Assembly: GCA_002269645.1 (NCBI GenBank)
Contig: NIVC01003394.1
Span: 1-64,000 of the forward strand
From: Macrostomum lignano
Taxonomy: Eukaryota
Direction of reading: 5' to 3'
Length of the DNA stretch: 64,000 nucleotides
The notes under the pieces were generated by a model. The model saw only the letters and a list, made by a program, of their open reading frames with translations, ran no database searches and was not told where the DNA came from. Positions within the stretch are counted from its first letter, which is position 1, and every line of letters begins with the position of its first letter. Shown here one piece after another: positions 12,205 to 24,800 of the stretch. The position numbers and the translations under genes are program-made.

Positions 12205-13309
12205 GCTTTATTTGTGACTGGGCTGCAAGTGTCAGCATAAGAGCAGGTATTGTTAAATAGAAACTATTCACTTTTACAAAACTTTTAACTGTCTATTTGA
12301 CCAAATTTTATTATATTTAAGACTTATTATTTAACATTTATCTAAAAGATATAATTTTCTGGAATAATGTAAAAGGAAAAACATCTGTTGAAGGTCTGGG
12401 TCTCTGGCACCCAGGCACCTAGGTTAGGTATGTTAATAAAGGTAGGTGCAGGTGGGACTAAGAGTAGCATAATACAAAAATGCCTAAAAAAGTGACTTCA
12501 TAATAAAATATATATGCCACAATATGCAGAAGTTCATTATACTAATAACCCACTAGCTATGGCTATGCTACTATATGCCACTGTAAGGTACATAAATAGG
12601 TTGAAGATTGGTAATGGCCTAATGGGTGAGCCATAGCCAGGATCACAGCTTGCCTGCATTGGAAAAAATCCTATCAAAAAAGTTTGATTGCACTATAATG
12701 CACTAGAACCAATCATATAAAGAAGTTTGCTTGTGCTATATGTTAGAACTTTTTTGCAAAACACAAAATATAAAGGATAGTATTTTCCGTTTGAAAATTG
12801 CCAGTGAAACTTTTATTTGAATCTGTTTCATAGAAATGTAATGGTAATACATTTTAATTAAAAAAGCTAGGAAACAAAAAGTGCTTATTATGTATTAATT
12901 TAGATAATGCATTACTTGTTTTTTTTCATTTTATGCTTTACAATATTTTTATACTTTCTATATTAAATTCAATCTTGCTTGACTATTCTCAAATTCTTCC
13001 AAATGTTGAGAATGTCTCAAAATTACTTACTCGTAAAAAGGCCAAGTCTTAAAATTTTGGAATTGAGATTAAGATCTTGGTCAGACTCTAACTCAAACAG
13101 CACAATTTTGACACCATATGCATGTTGTGGTTAGGATAGTGGAAGCTTAAGTTAAGATAAATTAAATCAACAGGGAAGCTGCCAGCATTTGCCACTATCA
13201 AAGAAGGCTAGATTACAAAGGATGCTTCTTGGAAATCAACTGATGAGTAGGTCATTGCACTTGTAGATCTTGGTAAGAATAGGAATTTTTTATTTTAGTT
13301 ACCTAAATA

Positions 13310-13470
13310 ATATAGAAAAGGGAAAGAAGGAAGAGAGATAGAGAAAAATTTATAAGAAAGGGAAAAAAGAGGGAAAAAAGGGGAGGAGAGGAAGAGAAGA
13401 AAGAAAAGAGGGCAGAAAAGAGAAGAAAAAGAGAGAGGGAAAAGAGAAAGGGAAAAGGGGATAAAAGAGA
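13310..13470. repeat. Polypurine (GA-rich) low-complexity tract
   Basis: Almost exclusively A/G on the plus strand. Confidence 0.8.
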
Positions 13471-15498
13471 AGATATTTGCCCTTGGCCTCAACTGTGTAG
13501 TCTCTATAGCTTGAGCAATAGCATTTTATGCAATAGCTCAGGGCAGCAGACCTCTGACTAGATAATGTGGCTAGCCAGTTAAAGTTGTTGCCCATGTAGG
13601 CCATATCAAATGTTAGGCACTTCAGTGAGAAAATTAAATTTCAGAAATTGTTATAGGCTGCTATTTCACTAGATAGATCTTACTTTCCCATTTCCAAAAT
13701 GGCCAAACTTTAGTGATTTGGTTGAGTAATAAGGAAACTACAGCTATTTTAGTAACCCCGATTTGTGCCTTTAGCCAATGGAATTTTTACATTACGGTTT
13801 GTGATCATTTTTGGCCAAAAAGTTGGCTTTTTGTCTTTGAACACTTGTAATTAATTTTCTAGCCAACCAAAATGACTGTGCTTGGTGTCATTTTGTTCAG
13901 TTTTTTAGTGTTAATTGTATGAATTATATATTTTAATATTATTTTATATGCCCAAGTTGCTAAGCTAATTGAAACAGGATGGGTGTATGAAATTTTGACT
14001 ATTTTAACCAGATACGCAATGATTGCAATTTTAAAAATACAATAGCATCTGTTCTGCTTGCTTAATTTATACAAGGCTAGTGTCATTTTGTTCAGGTTTT
14101 TACCTACTATAATACTATTCTACTTCTTGCCCTAAATTTTTAATGCATGACAGACACCCCAACTGCAATGTAATGTGCTGTACAGGCTTTGCGCATGGGT
14201 TTATTAAAAAATGGTTTTGCCTATCGTGTTCAGCATAGCAGAATTAGTTAAATGACACAGAGAACTAGTTTGCCGGAAGGCAGAGTCTCACAAAAAACAC
14301 GAAATACACGTTTCAATGGGTATTTTACATGTAAACGTATCAAAAAAAGAAACCTCCACAAAATTTTTGCGCCTATAGCTATTGGCAAGCGGTTTTTTTT
14401 ACTGTGCTTGTATTGTCAATAGGTAATGAAAAATATAAAGAGAAACAATGCAGGAAAAGGATTTCATGGAAAATTTTGGATTTGAAATTTTGCATAGAGC
14501 CATATGGGCATTAAAAGAAAAAAAAAATTTTTTTTAACACCAGAAAAATGTTTCTAAATTATCCCTTTACACTATAAAACCTTTGTTTCCATTATAAGAA
14601 ACACATTGCAGCTAAGAAAAAGCATTTTCTGAACCACTGTTTTTTTATTCATTTTGGCTTCAATTTTATATTCCTCCTAAAAAATGGTCAACTTTAAAAA
14701 TAGACAGTGCAAAAAGTATAACAAAGCTAGACTTGCAGTTGGTGTCATTTGAAAGAGCTCCTTTTTACCTTTTAAATGCATATTTTACTTTCATCCTGGC
14801 TTCTATAGTTTCTTTAAAATCGCCCTTGAAAAATTGGACTTTTTTCTTACTTTTTTGCCATTGGCACGCACTTCTTATAACTCACTGAAGTCCCTACAAA
14901 TGTGCCTTTGTGTAGAGTATTAAAAATAAAATTTTAGTATATAAACCCAAGCCTTGGCCTTAAAACAGAATATTTGATAAGCCTTTTTTATTTTCTAATA
15001 CTAATAGGCATATCTAGCTTAACAACATTTTAATTATAAATTGTTCTCAATTTAAATTATAAATTTTGGTTGATAAAAATTATCTACTACATTTTGTGTA
15101 TTTCTTTTGTTTACTCAATTTGTGAAGCTATTTTATTTAGTCATGAAGCCATTGCCTTTTATTTAGCTTTCATTGACTAAGCTTTTTATTTAGTCAATGA
15201 AGCTATTTAGCCAATTTAGTCATGTTATTTGCTTGCTATAAAAATTTTAGGCCTATAAGCTTAGCTATAACATATATATTAAGTTGTAGCACTCAACAAA
15301 ACTCTTAATCAATATATAGGTAGGACCTTTCTCCCAATGATTCTTTGGAGAATTGATAAATAATATTGTATAAGTGGCCACTCATGGAGCCATAACCCAA
15401 AATACAAGACAATGAAAATTAAATGAATCATTTGCAACTTGACTTGACTCGAACTTATCGAACTTAATCGCGACGCGCCGGGTCTATGAAATTTGCTT

Positions 15499-16235
15499 GC
15501 GAGAAGTTTGCTTGCCGAAGTTTGCTTGCGGGACTTTTGTTTGCAGAAATTTGCTTGCCGAAGTCTGCTTGCCGAATTTTGCTTGCGGAATTTTGCTTGC
15601 CGAAGTCTGCTTGCCGAACTTTGCTTGCGGAATTTTGCTTGCCGAAGTCTGCTTGCCAAATTTTGCTTGCAGGAAATTTGCTTGCTGCACATAAGCTTGC
15701 CGAAGTTTGCTTGCAGGAAATTTTCTTGCGAGGTTTGCCAGCCAAAGTTTTGCGAGACCTTAAAGAAACCTATTTTTGAGCTCTTGTATTTCTAATTTTC
15801 ATTTTCTAAGATTCGTGGAAGCATTCTATATACTACATTCTTAGAATGAAACTCTATAAGCCTAGTTTGAAAGCTTAGTGTCAAGTCAGTTTACGTCGAC
15901 CCTGATAAGAATCCACTTGCAAAGCATCTGTAGTAAGTAATAATTGACTGACCAACTTTACAAGCAATCAAAACAAGCAAGCAAACAAGAAAATAATTCT
16001 GCAAGTTAAAACCTTGCGATTGTGTGATTGCAAATTTCTAGAAAGCAGACATCAAAATTTCGCAAGCAAAGTTCGGCAAGCAAAATTCCTGCAAGCAAAG
16101 CTCGGCAAGCAAACTTCGGCAGGCAAAGTTCCTGCAAGCAAATTTCCTGCAAGCAAAGTTCGGCAGGCAAAATTCCGCAAGCAAAGTTCGGCAAGCAGAC
16201 TTCGGCAAGCAAAGTTCGGCAAGCAAACTTCCCGC
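15499..16235. mobile_element. Foldback-like palindromic element: two inverted arms built from TTTGCTTGC/GCAAGCAAA subrepeats around an AT-rich spacer
   Basis: The left arm (~15490-15750) gcgagaagtttgcttgccgaag... is the reverse complement of the right arm (~15960-16235) ...ttcggcaagcaaacttcccgc; no TSD resolved. Confidence 0.65.
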
Positions 16236-16238
16236 TAA

Positions 16239-19200
16239 GGGTCGTTCTCAAAGCTAGGTCACAACTTTTTGTTATTGCAAAAAAAGTTTATACATCGACC
16301 AATAATCGTACAAAAAAAATTATTTCGACAATTTCTGTAAGAAGCTGCTACTAAAACCACAAGAAAACTTGAAATTGAGAAGAAATCAAGGCTATTTGTT
16401 ATTCTTTGTTGCGGAAAATAAACGACAAAAATATTAAAGAGAAAATAAAATTTTCTTCTATTTTTATTTTAAATATGCAGTTAAATTTCTTTTGCAAAAA
16501 TAAAAGAACAAGAAATTGACAAAGGAAATGTTTTTGAGCACAGCATTTTGTTACTCTGCTCTAAATCCCAGACATTTAAAATTATCGTGTGCGAAAAAGT
16601 GCGAAATTATTATAGCATGCACTCGAAAGGACTTCGATCAGTTTAACTAATCACTGAATTAAGAAGTCTAAATAAGTCTTGAAAAGTTGAATTAAAAATC
16701 AAGTTTTCACTATGTATCTTTTCAAAGTCAAGATGATTCGACAAATAAAGAATGTTCATTTTTACGGTGAATAGAATTGTTCATTTTTACATTAAATATA
16801 ATAAAATCTAACTAATAATAGAAAAAGTCAGGGAACTATCCTTGAACACCAAAAAGCACATTGTGGATTTAATATCAACTGCATGTTCCTTAATAAAGGA
16901 ATTCGGATTCTAGTATATATTTGATTATTTGTAGCATAATTTCTGAAAACTATAACTTGCTTGATTTTACTTTAAGTACTTATTACATTAATACTTATAC
17001 CAAAGCTGCATGTACTTAAAATAAAAAATTATAGTTACTTATTAGACATTTTACTCCAATTAACTTAAAATAATTCAAATTTATTTTAATCAATTCATTT
17101 TTTGAAACTTTTTGGAAAATAGACAAAATTGAATTATTTAATTACCAAAAACCTACTAGCTTAACTAAAATAGCAGTTAGTCTTTAAAAAAAGATTTCAC
17201 TTGTTAATTGAGAAAAATGAGGGTGTGCGAGGTGTAAAAATGCGAAAGAGCATGCAGGAAACAGAGACAAACAAAAATGTAGGTAAAAGACACTGCACAT
17301 GCACATAATATGATAACCAGACATAATGCGCACACTGAAACACCAGTAGCAATGACGCCCAAGCTTTTGATGATCACAAGCGAAAAGGCAAAACCCAGCC
17401 ATCAATCAAAGAAGTAGACTATAGCACGCATCTTGAGTGCATCACGCATTTTTTGCAGAGAAGCTCGAAAATTAACATTGTATTCTGTGCACAACCACCA
17501 ACTGCGACAGGGTCTGCCGGGGGATTTGTGGGCACGCGGTCGCGGATACAAATCGGAGGAGTCGCTGACCATTCTGAAATTACTAGCTAGTACATGTAAT
17601 TTTGTGTATTAATATATTTAGCCCGCTTTATTTCTATGCTCTCGTCCGCCTCTCGTTAATGCATCCCCAGACTCATGGAATAATTTCAAACTTATGATCG
17701 AACTATGCATGGCTTCCGTCCCTCGCTTTGAATCTCTCACCTCCCCATAGTTCCATCAACCTTACCGTAGTGGCTTCCTATGCAAAAATCATCCCTCCGC
17801 ATCTTACACAGGCTACTTCAGGCTGTAGACTGTACTACACTATTAATTAGTTGCGCTAAGGAATCTACATGTATTTTGCTCGCAGCGCAACGCGCTGCTC
17901 AAAGAAGTTTAGATCTATCTAGATATTCTAGTAATTTCAGGTTTGTCCATAGACTAGAGCTCATGAGATGAGAATTCCATTAACTAGTACATTTAATATG
18001 AATGAACTGCGTGTGTGTGTGCTGTGCATACATATGTATAATATACGAGTAGTTTATGGGCCAAATTATTGTGTGGCACAATTCTTGGCATCACTCAGCA
18101 GGCACAAGATGCAGTTAAGCAGCGCACGAAAATTCTACAAAAGAAATTGAGCCTGGTTGAGGTGATGCGAGGAGGCAGATCCACACAATCTCAGTGAATA
18201 CACCAGACTGCACCAGATACGAGTCCAGTCGAATGTGCGCACTGGTCTAAGCAGCACACGCATGTCCTTCTGACAATGACGGCACCTAGCTTCGTCCAAG
18301 CCTTTGCCAGCGTCACTGACAGCGTCAATACTACCATGCAGTGCCACCTGCAGCACCGACAACGGCAATTCCTCCAGTTAGCCCACAACAGTGGCTAAAC
18401 TGAGGGACATGGAACCTACCCGCAGAAGACACACACATACACACACAGCACCGGCAGCAGCACTCTGACAGCATAACCTAAAGCTCCATGAGCTCAGTTT
18501 TCAAGCATTGAAGAAGCAGAAGCAGTCATCTTGAATCCAGGGATCAGGAAGAGTGTTGCATGTCCGACATGTGCTGTTTCCGTGGCAAAAGGTGATGGAG
18601 CAAATTAATCAACACTTACTATCTAGCTCGTATTAAGACTAAAAAACTGAGGCAAGCTGGGATTAAACCAAAGAAAATTTTTTACTATACTTTTTTACCA
18701 TGTACTTTTACTATACTTCTATAGTATAGTAGAGAGGTACTCTATTTAAATGCAGTAAGAAGTGAAACAAATTTATATATTTAATTATTAAAATTAAATT
18801 AATTCAAGGTAAATAACTAATTTAACCAATTTATTAGAAGTATTTAATATTTTAATAAATTGATTTTTATACCTTACACGAAATAAGCTCTACATTCATT
18901 TCTTAGCTTGGGGCCCATCTGTATAAGGTCAGTTTCTTCAAAATGCTGATTAATTAATTAAGGCCTGTTGTCTTTACTTAAATTTATAAGGGCATCTTAG
19001 AAGTTAATATTACTATATAATACATGTATAATATTATTACTATATTATAATAATATAGTTGCAATTTTAATGACTATTGAATAAGTCTAAATGCTTCCCC
19101 TATTGACTCTAAATATATGGTATCTTTACCTTCAGAAAAAATTAGCATAGAATGACTTGATGAAAACAAAAAAAATCATTTCGAGATACACATTTGCTGA

Positions 19201-20044
19201 TCATTCAGGTCAAATTTCAAGGTCCAGTTTTGCACATGTTTCTCTGTAGCTTGGTTACAAGGATTTTAATAAAAATATAATAAATATGTCCAATGTACTA
19301 ACTGATACATAGCCAAATTGAAGTATTTTCAAAAACAAAAAAAATCATTTGCTCAGTTTACTTTACTGGATATCTGTGTAAAATTTCAGCTCAAAAGGTG
19401 CTCCATGGAGAATGCTAGTGTGGTTACAGGATATTTATTTTGTGCTTCAAAGTAGGAGTTTATTGCGATGCATGGTTGCTTTTAATTATTTTTATCAACA
19501 ATAGTGCTCTATTTCATAACAATTTTTTACAAAAAGATAAAAAGACATGTTTTTCTAATTATCTGCATCAAAATGTATCATTTTAAGCGCACATTCTAGA
19601 CGTCAGCTGAAAAAATACATTTTGTGAGACGCAAAGAGGCTATCCCACCGGAAATGCTAGGCGTACAGTTAAGCGTCTATAAAATCATTTATAGTGCAGT
19701 TTATTGAGCTTTAAAAAAATCTTAAATTAAATTTATATAAGCTTTAATTTTAAATGTAAAATAGCAAGGTTTCAACACAACAACAACTTTTTTTTAGCTA
19801 CAGACATCTTGTAGTACCAAAAATTAACATCGGTGAAATGATTGAATTTGAATTTTTTCATCGCTAATTATCGCTTAATACCGCCAGATGATTAAAAAAC
19901 ACTTTTGCATGATAAAGTTTAACCCAAAAATTCTCTTTATTCACAGATAAAAGTGTCCTATTATTTTCAATATGGCAGTAACAATAGTAAATGTTCGGAA
20001 AATTGTTAAAATTTTTGCTCCTCCTAGAATTTGCGAACGACCCC
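16239..20044. mobile_element. Putative PIF/Harbinger-like non-autonomous DNA transposon (~3.8 kb)
   Basis: Left TAA|GGGTCGTTCTCAAAGCTAGG, right CCTAGAATTTGCGAACGACCCC|TAA: imperfect TIRs beginning GGG with a TAA duplication; no intact transposase seen. Confidence 0.55.
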
Positions 20045-21392
20045 TAAGCATGTCGCCAGTAGGGAATTTAAAAATCTAAAGATTTCTAGTGTACATTTTA
20101 CGCGACAGAGTTTAACAAAGCATTAAAGCATTAAAATATCGCTTATTTTAAGATTTTATGAATTAGGAATATATGCATATATATAATTTTTATTATCCGA
20201 AAAAACCAAGTGCCCTAGAAATCATTATGAATACTTCATATAACCTATCGAGTAACGACCACAATAGAATGCAACATCAATTTAGAGTTTCATGCCTAAC
20301 CTGCTGAGAAAGAAATTTGTAGATAGAGGGGAAGCTATTAGTAGGCTAGTTAAGCCCCTGCTAGTTCTGGTAGTGCAAGCAAACGATAAAACTATGCATG
20401 AATACAGCATCTTTGGGCCTTTTCATATTGCTTGTTCTGGTTCTGGAACCAGAACCAATTTGTGAAGTATAACTTTTTGTCTCCATAACTAGAGGGAGAT
20501 ACGTGCTATAAAGTTTTTATTATTGAATGACAACAACCTCATTTAGCACAATTTTTCACCTTCTTCTTGGTGGTTAAGGCAGTCAAACATTCAACAGAAT
20601 TAAATAGTTATACTGCTGTTTTTCTTGGAAGATCCGAACCGATTCTGATTCTGGAATTGGTAATATGAAAAGCCTCTTTGTAAACACTGTTTCTGAAATG
20701 ACCATCACCAGGTTAATTCCAGTAATTCTGTATGCAACGGGGCTTTTTGCGTCCATTGTTTTATACAAATTACACATAACCAATTATTTGCACAAATGAC
20801 TGTCGAACTGCAAAATGTAGGTAAATTCCTTATTCGAAAAACTTTGACATAAAGCTTTTAAAATCATTGATTTTACGGTCTTAAGAGAAATAATCAAATT
20901 TTCAGTCCTCCTGTCCCATAAAACCAAACGTATTAATTGAAATGCTTACTGTTGCTTCGAAATAAAGGCATCAGCAATAGGGCAGCGTGTGTATTTTCGG
21001 ATTTTTATTGTACAATTTCAGGTTCGGCAGCAATGACAAATTGTAATCTTTTAAAATTAGCTAAATAATAATAAAAACGAACTAAAGAATCACTCAATAA
21101 TAAGTAATCACTATAACTCATTTTATTTGCCATAGAAAGAACTCTAACAATCAGCATATTAGAATTAGCACATGAAAAATTAGACCTGCCTATAGGAGTC
21201 TTTTTAGGGGGCTTCGTGCAATTTCCAATAAAATTTACATCAGGCAGGTGCACAAATGCAAACATAAAAGAAATAACAAACAAAGCACAGAATAAATTAT
21301 CCAATGGTTGATAATGGCGCACCATTATCGAAAGAACTCGTCGACTGATCATCTCCCATCGGAGTTATTTTACTAGTAGTTGTACTTCAAAC

Positions 21393-21830
21393 CACAGATG
21401 ATAAAATAACTAGATGGGCCACTCAGGCATATATAGTTAGTAAAACAGCTTACTACTTTCAGTTCAGTAGCAAAGAAGAATACATAAGCTATTTTATAAG
21501 AATAAAGGCAGCTGAGATGACTTTGATAAGTTAAAAAGCCAAGCGTTGTAGTCGTAAACAGCTGGCTAATTGGATCAGCCATAATGTACATTAGCCACTG
21601 AAGTGTTAAGGAAGATTTAGGCTGGAACAAACGCGGGAGGTAATAAAAATCGAGCGGCGGAGCAGGGGTAGAGGTTCGGTGTGGAGTTTGAGGGTTTAAG
21701 CTTGGGGGGGAGGGGTGAGAGCCAATTACTAAGCCGTGTCTCTAAAAATACATTAAAACGCTTCAGTTGAAAGTAGCTTGCACGCTTGAAATGTGCTGAG
21801 TGGCCCATCTAGTTAATTCTAGTATCTGTG
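21393..21830. mobile_element. MITE family B copy 2
   Basis: Same TIRs and internal sequence as 10409..10821; perfect 8-bp TSD cttcaaac (21385-92 / 21831-38). Confidence 0.88.
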
Positions 21831-21890
21831 CTTCAAACTAAGTGCGGCAATACTAAAAACTATGACGTCATCTCAGCCTAGGCATGCCTG

Positions 21891-24800
21891 TTACGCCCGA
21901 CCGTCTCCATCGTCCAACTCGCTGCTGTCGCTTGCCGCGCGCAGAAAGTCGTCAACAGACAGAATCTTCTCGCGCGGCTTCCCCAAAGATCGGCCGCTCC
22001 GCTGCTCGGCGGCGTCGATCCGCTCCCAGTCGGCGAAGGTGGTGTAGCGGACGCCTCGAGATCGCAGCTCTTTGACAAGTGCCAGACGGCCGGTTCTGGA
22101 CTCGGTAGGCAGCCGGCCGGAGTTCAGATCCTCTAGCAGGCGCTGAGCAGTGTGGAAGCTGTCCGACATGGTGCTGAGCAGCACGCCAGATGGTCCGGTT
22201 TTAAGCCAGCCGGCGCAGTAAGCGTTGTCAAGGCCGCTAATTTTGCCGTTGTCATTGGCAACTACGCCAGTTCGACTGTCCATGGGGATTAGCGGGTCCA
22301 GGGCGACGTTCTCGTAGCCGACGCTGACAACAGCGAGGCCGCAGTCAAGGCCGACCAACTCGTCCGTGGCTTCGACTTTGTCCGAGGTGGGCGAATCTGC
22401 TGGCGAATGGCGATTCCGCTTGAACTGGACGGAGCCGACCCGATGGGGAGAAGCTGCCGATGCGAGGAACTCCAATGGAGACAGAAGGAAATGCAGAGTC
22501 AGCTGGCGCGGCGACTGCGCTGCCACTTCAGGGTTCTCTGCCGATTTTAGCACCTGAAAAATTGGGGAAATTGAAAGGCAGGGCAAGTAGAATGTGTTAA
22601 CTTTCAATGGGAGCTTAAGTCCCTGGGTCGGGGACTCAAGTAACAGAGATTTTTTGATGCCACATGCACAGGGATGGGGCAAAAGTAAATTGAATGTAGT
22701 CCTTAATAGTCCTTCAACTTTATAATTGAAGGAAGAGTCTAGGGCGAGTTGATGGGAGATTATAGGGCTAGTTGAAAGGGACTATAGGGCTAGTTGAAAG
22801 GGGATTCTAGGGCTAGTTGAAAGGGGATTCTAGGGCTAGTTGAAAGGGGATTCTAGGGCTAGTTGAAAGGGGATTCTAGGGCTAGTTGACGGGAGATTCT
22901 AGGGCTAGTTGAAAGGGGACTATAGGGCTAGTTGAAAGAGTATTCTAGGGCTAGTTGAAAGGGGATTCTAGGGCTAGTTGAAAGGGGATTCTAGGGCTAG
23001 TTGAAAGGGGATTCTAGGGCTAGTTGACGGGAGATTCTAGGGCTAGTTGAAAGGGGACTATAGGGCTAGTTGAAAGAGTATTCTAGGGCTAGTTGAAAGG
23101 GGATTCTAGGGCTAGTTGAAAGGGGATTCTAGGGCTAGTTGAAAGGGGATTCTAGGGCTAGTTGACGGGAGATTCTAGGGCTAGTTGAAAGGGGACTATA
23201 GGGCTAGTTGAAAGAGTATTCTAGGGCTAGTTGAAAGGGGATTCTAGGGCTAGTTGAAAGAGTATTATAGGGCTAGTTGATGGAAGATTCTAGGACTAGT
23301 TGAAAGGCGATTCTAGGACTAGTTGAAAGAAGATTCTAGGGCTAGTTGATGGGAGATTCTAGGGCTAGTTGATGGGAGATTCTAGGGCTAGTTGATGGGA
23401 GATTCTAGGGCTAGTTGATGGGAGATTCTAGGGCTAGTTGATGGGAGATTCTAGGGCTAGTTGATGGAAGATTCTAGAGCTAGTTTATGGGAGATTCTAG
23501 GGCCGTGATGGGAGATTCTAGGGCTGTTGATGGGATATTCTAGAGCTAGTTGATGGGAGATTCTAGGGCTGTTGATGGGAGATTATAGGGCTAGTTGATG
23601 GGAGATTCTAGGGCTAGTTGATGGGAGATTCTAGGGCTAGTTGATGGGAGATTCTAGGGCTAGTTGATGGAAGATTCTAGAGCTAGTTTATGGGAGATTC
23701 TAGGGCCGTGATGGGAGATTCTAGGGCTGTTGATGGGATATTCTAGAGCTAGTTGATGGGAGATTCTAGGGCTGTTGATGGGAGATTATAGGGCTGTTGA
23801 TGAGATATTCTAGGGCTAGTTGATGGGAGATTCTAGGTCTGTTGATGGGAGATTCTAGGGCTAGTTGATGGGAGATTCTAGGGCTAGTTGATGGGAGATT
23901 CTAGGGCTAGTTGATGGGAGATTCTAGGGCTGTTGATGGGAGATTATAGGGCTGTTGATGAGATATTCTAGGGCTAGTTGATGGGAGATTCTAGGGCTGT
24001 TGATGGGATATTCTAGGGCTAGTTGATGGGAGATTCTAGGGCTGTTGATGGGAGATTCTAGGGTTAGATAGTTGATGGGAGATTCTAGGGCTGTTGATGG
24101 GATATTCTAGGACTAGTTGATGGGAGATTCTAGGGTTAGTTGATGGGATATTCTAGGGCTAGTTGATGGGAAATTCAAGGACAAATTGATGGGATTCTAG
24201 GGTTAGTTGATGGGATATTCTAGGGCTAGTTGATGGGATATTCTAGGGCTAGTTGATGGGAAATTCAAGGACAAATTGATGGGATTCTAGGATCCATGCT
24301 TTCAGAATGTGGACTTTCTATAAAACGAGAGGAATCCATGATTATAGGAAAAACAAGGAAATGAGAACTATGTTAATTTACCAGTTCAGTAAGCCGGCGC
24401 CGCGGTCTCGGCAGCCCAGCTAGCAGCTCCGGCGACAGCTGGGCGGCGGACGGCGCGCCTTCCAGACAGACACCAACGCCGTCAAGGCGGGCCAGCTCGC
24501 GGAACTCTTTCGTGTGAACGCCGCCTGCAGGAGGCCTCGCCGGCCAACCAGACGGACTCGGCGAACCTCGGACTCCTCGGCTAGGCGGCGAAGCACCGCC
24601 TCCGGGGCGTCGGTGCGGCGCAGGCGGTCGGGGCTGGACAGCAGGATGCGGGCCACGTCAAGCGCCACGTTGCCATGCCCGATTATAACTGCTGTCTCGG
24701 CTGCCGCCAGGTCAACTTTCAGGTTCTCGGCGCCGGGGAAGCCGTTGTACCAGTTGACGAAGTCCCTTGTGAAGTGGGAGGCGCGGGACGGCTTGGAATA

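Noticed and set aside
15309-16354. Multiple repetitive ORFs on both strands
   Set aside because: Translations of the foldback subrepeats.
20583-21352. Hydrophobic minus-strand ORFs faintly like a GPCR fragment
   Set aside because: AT-rich, no recognisable family motif, no consistent splice model; needs a profile search.
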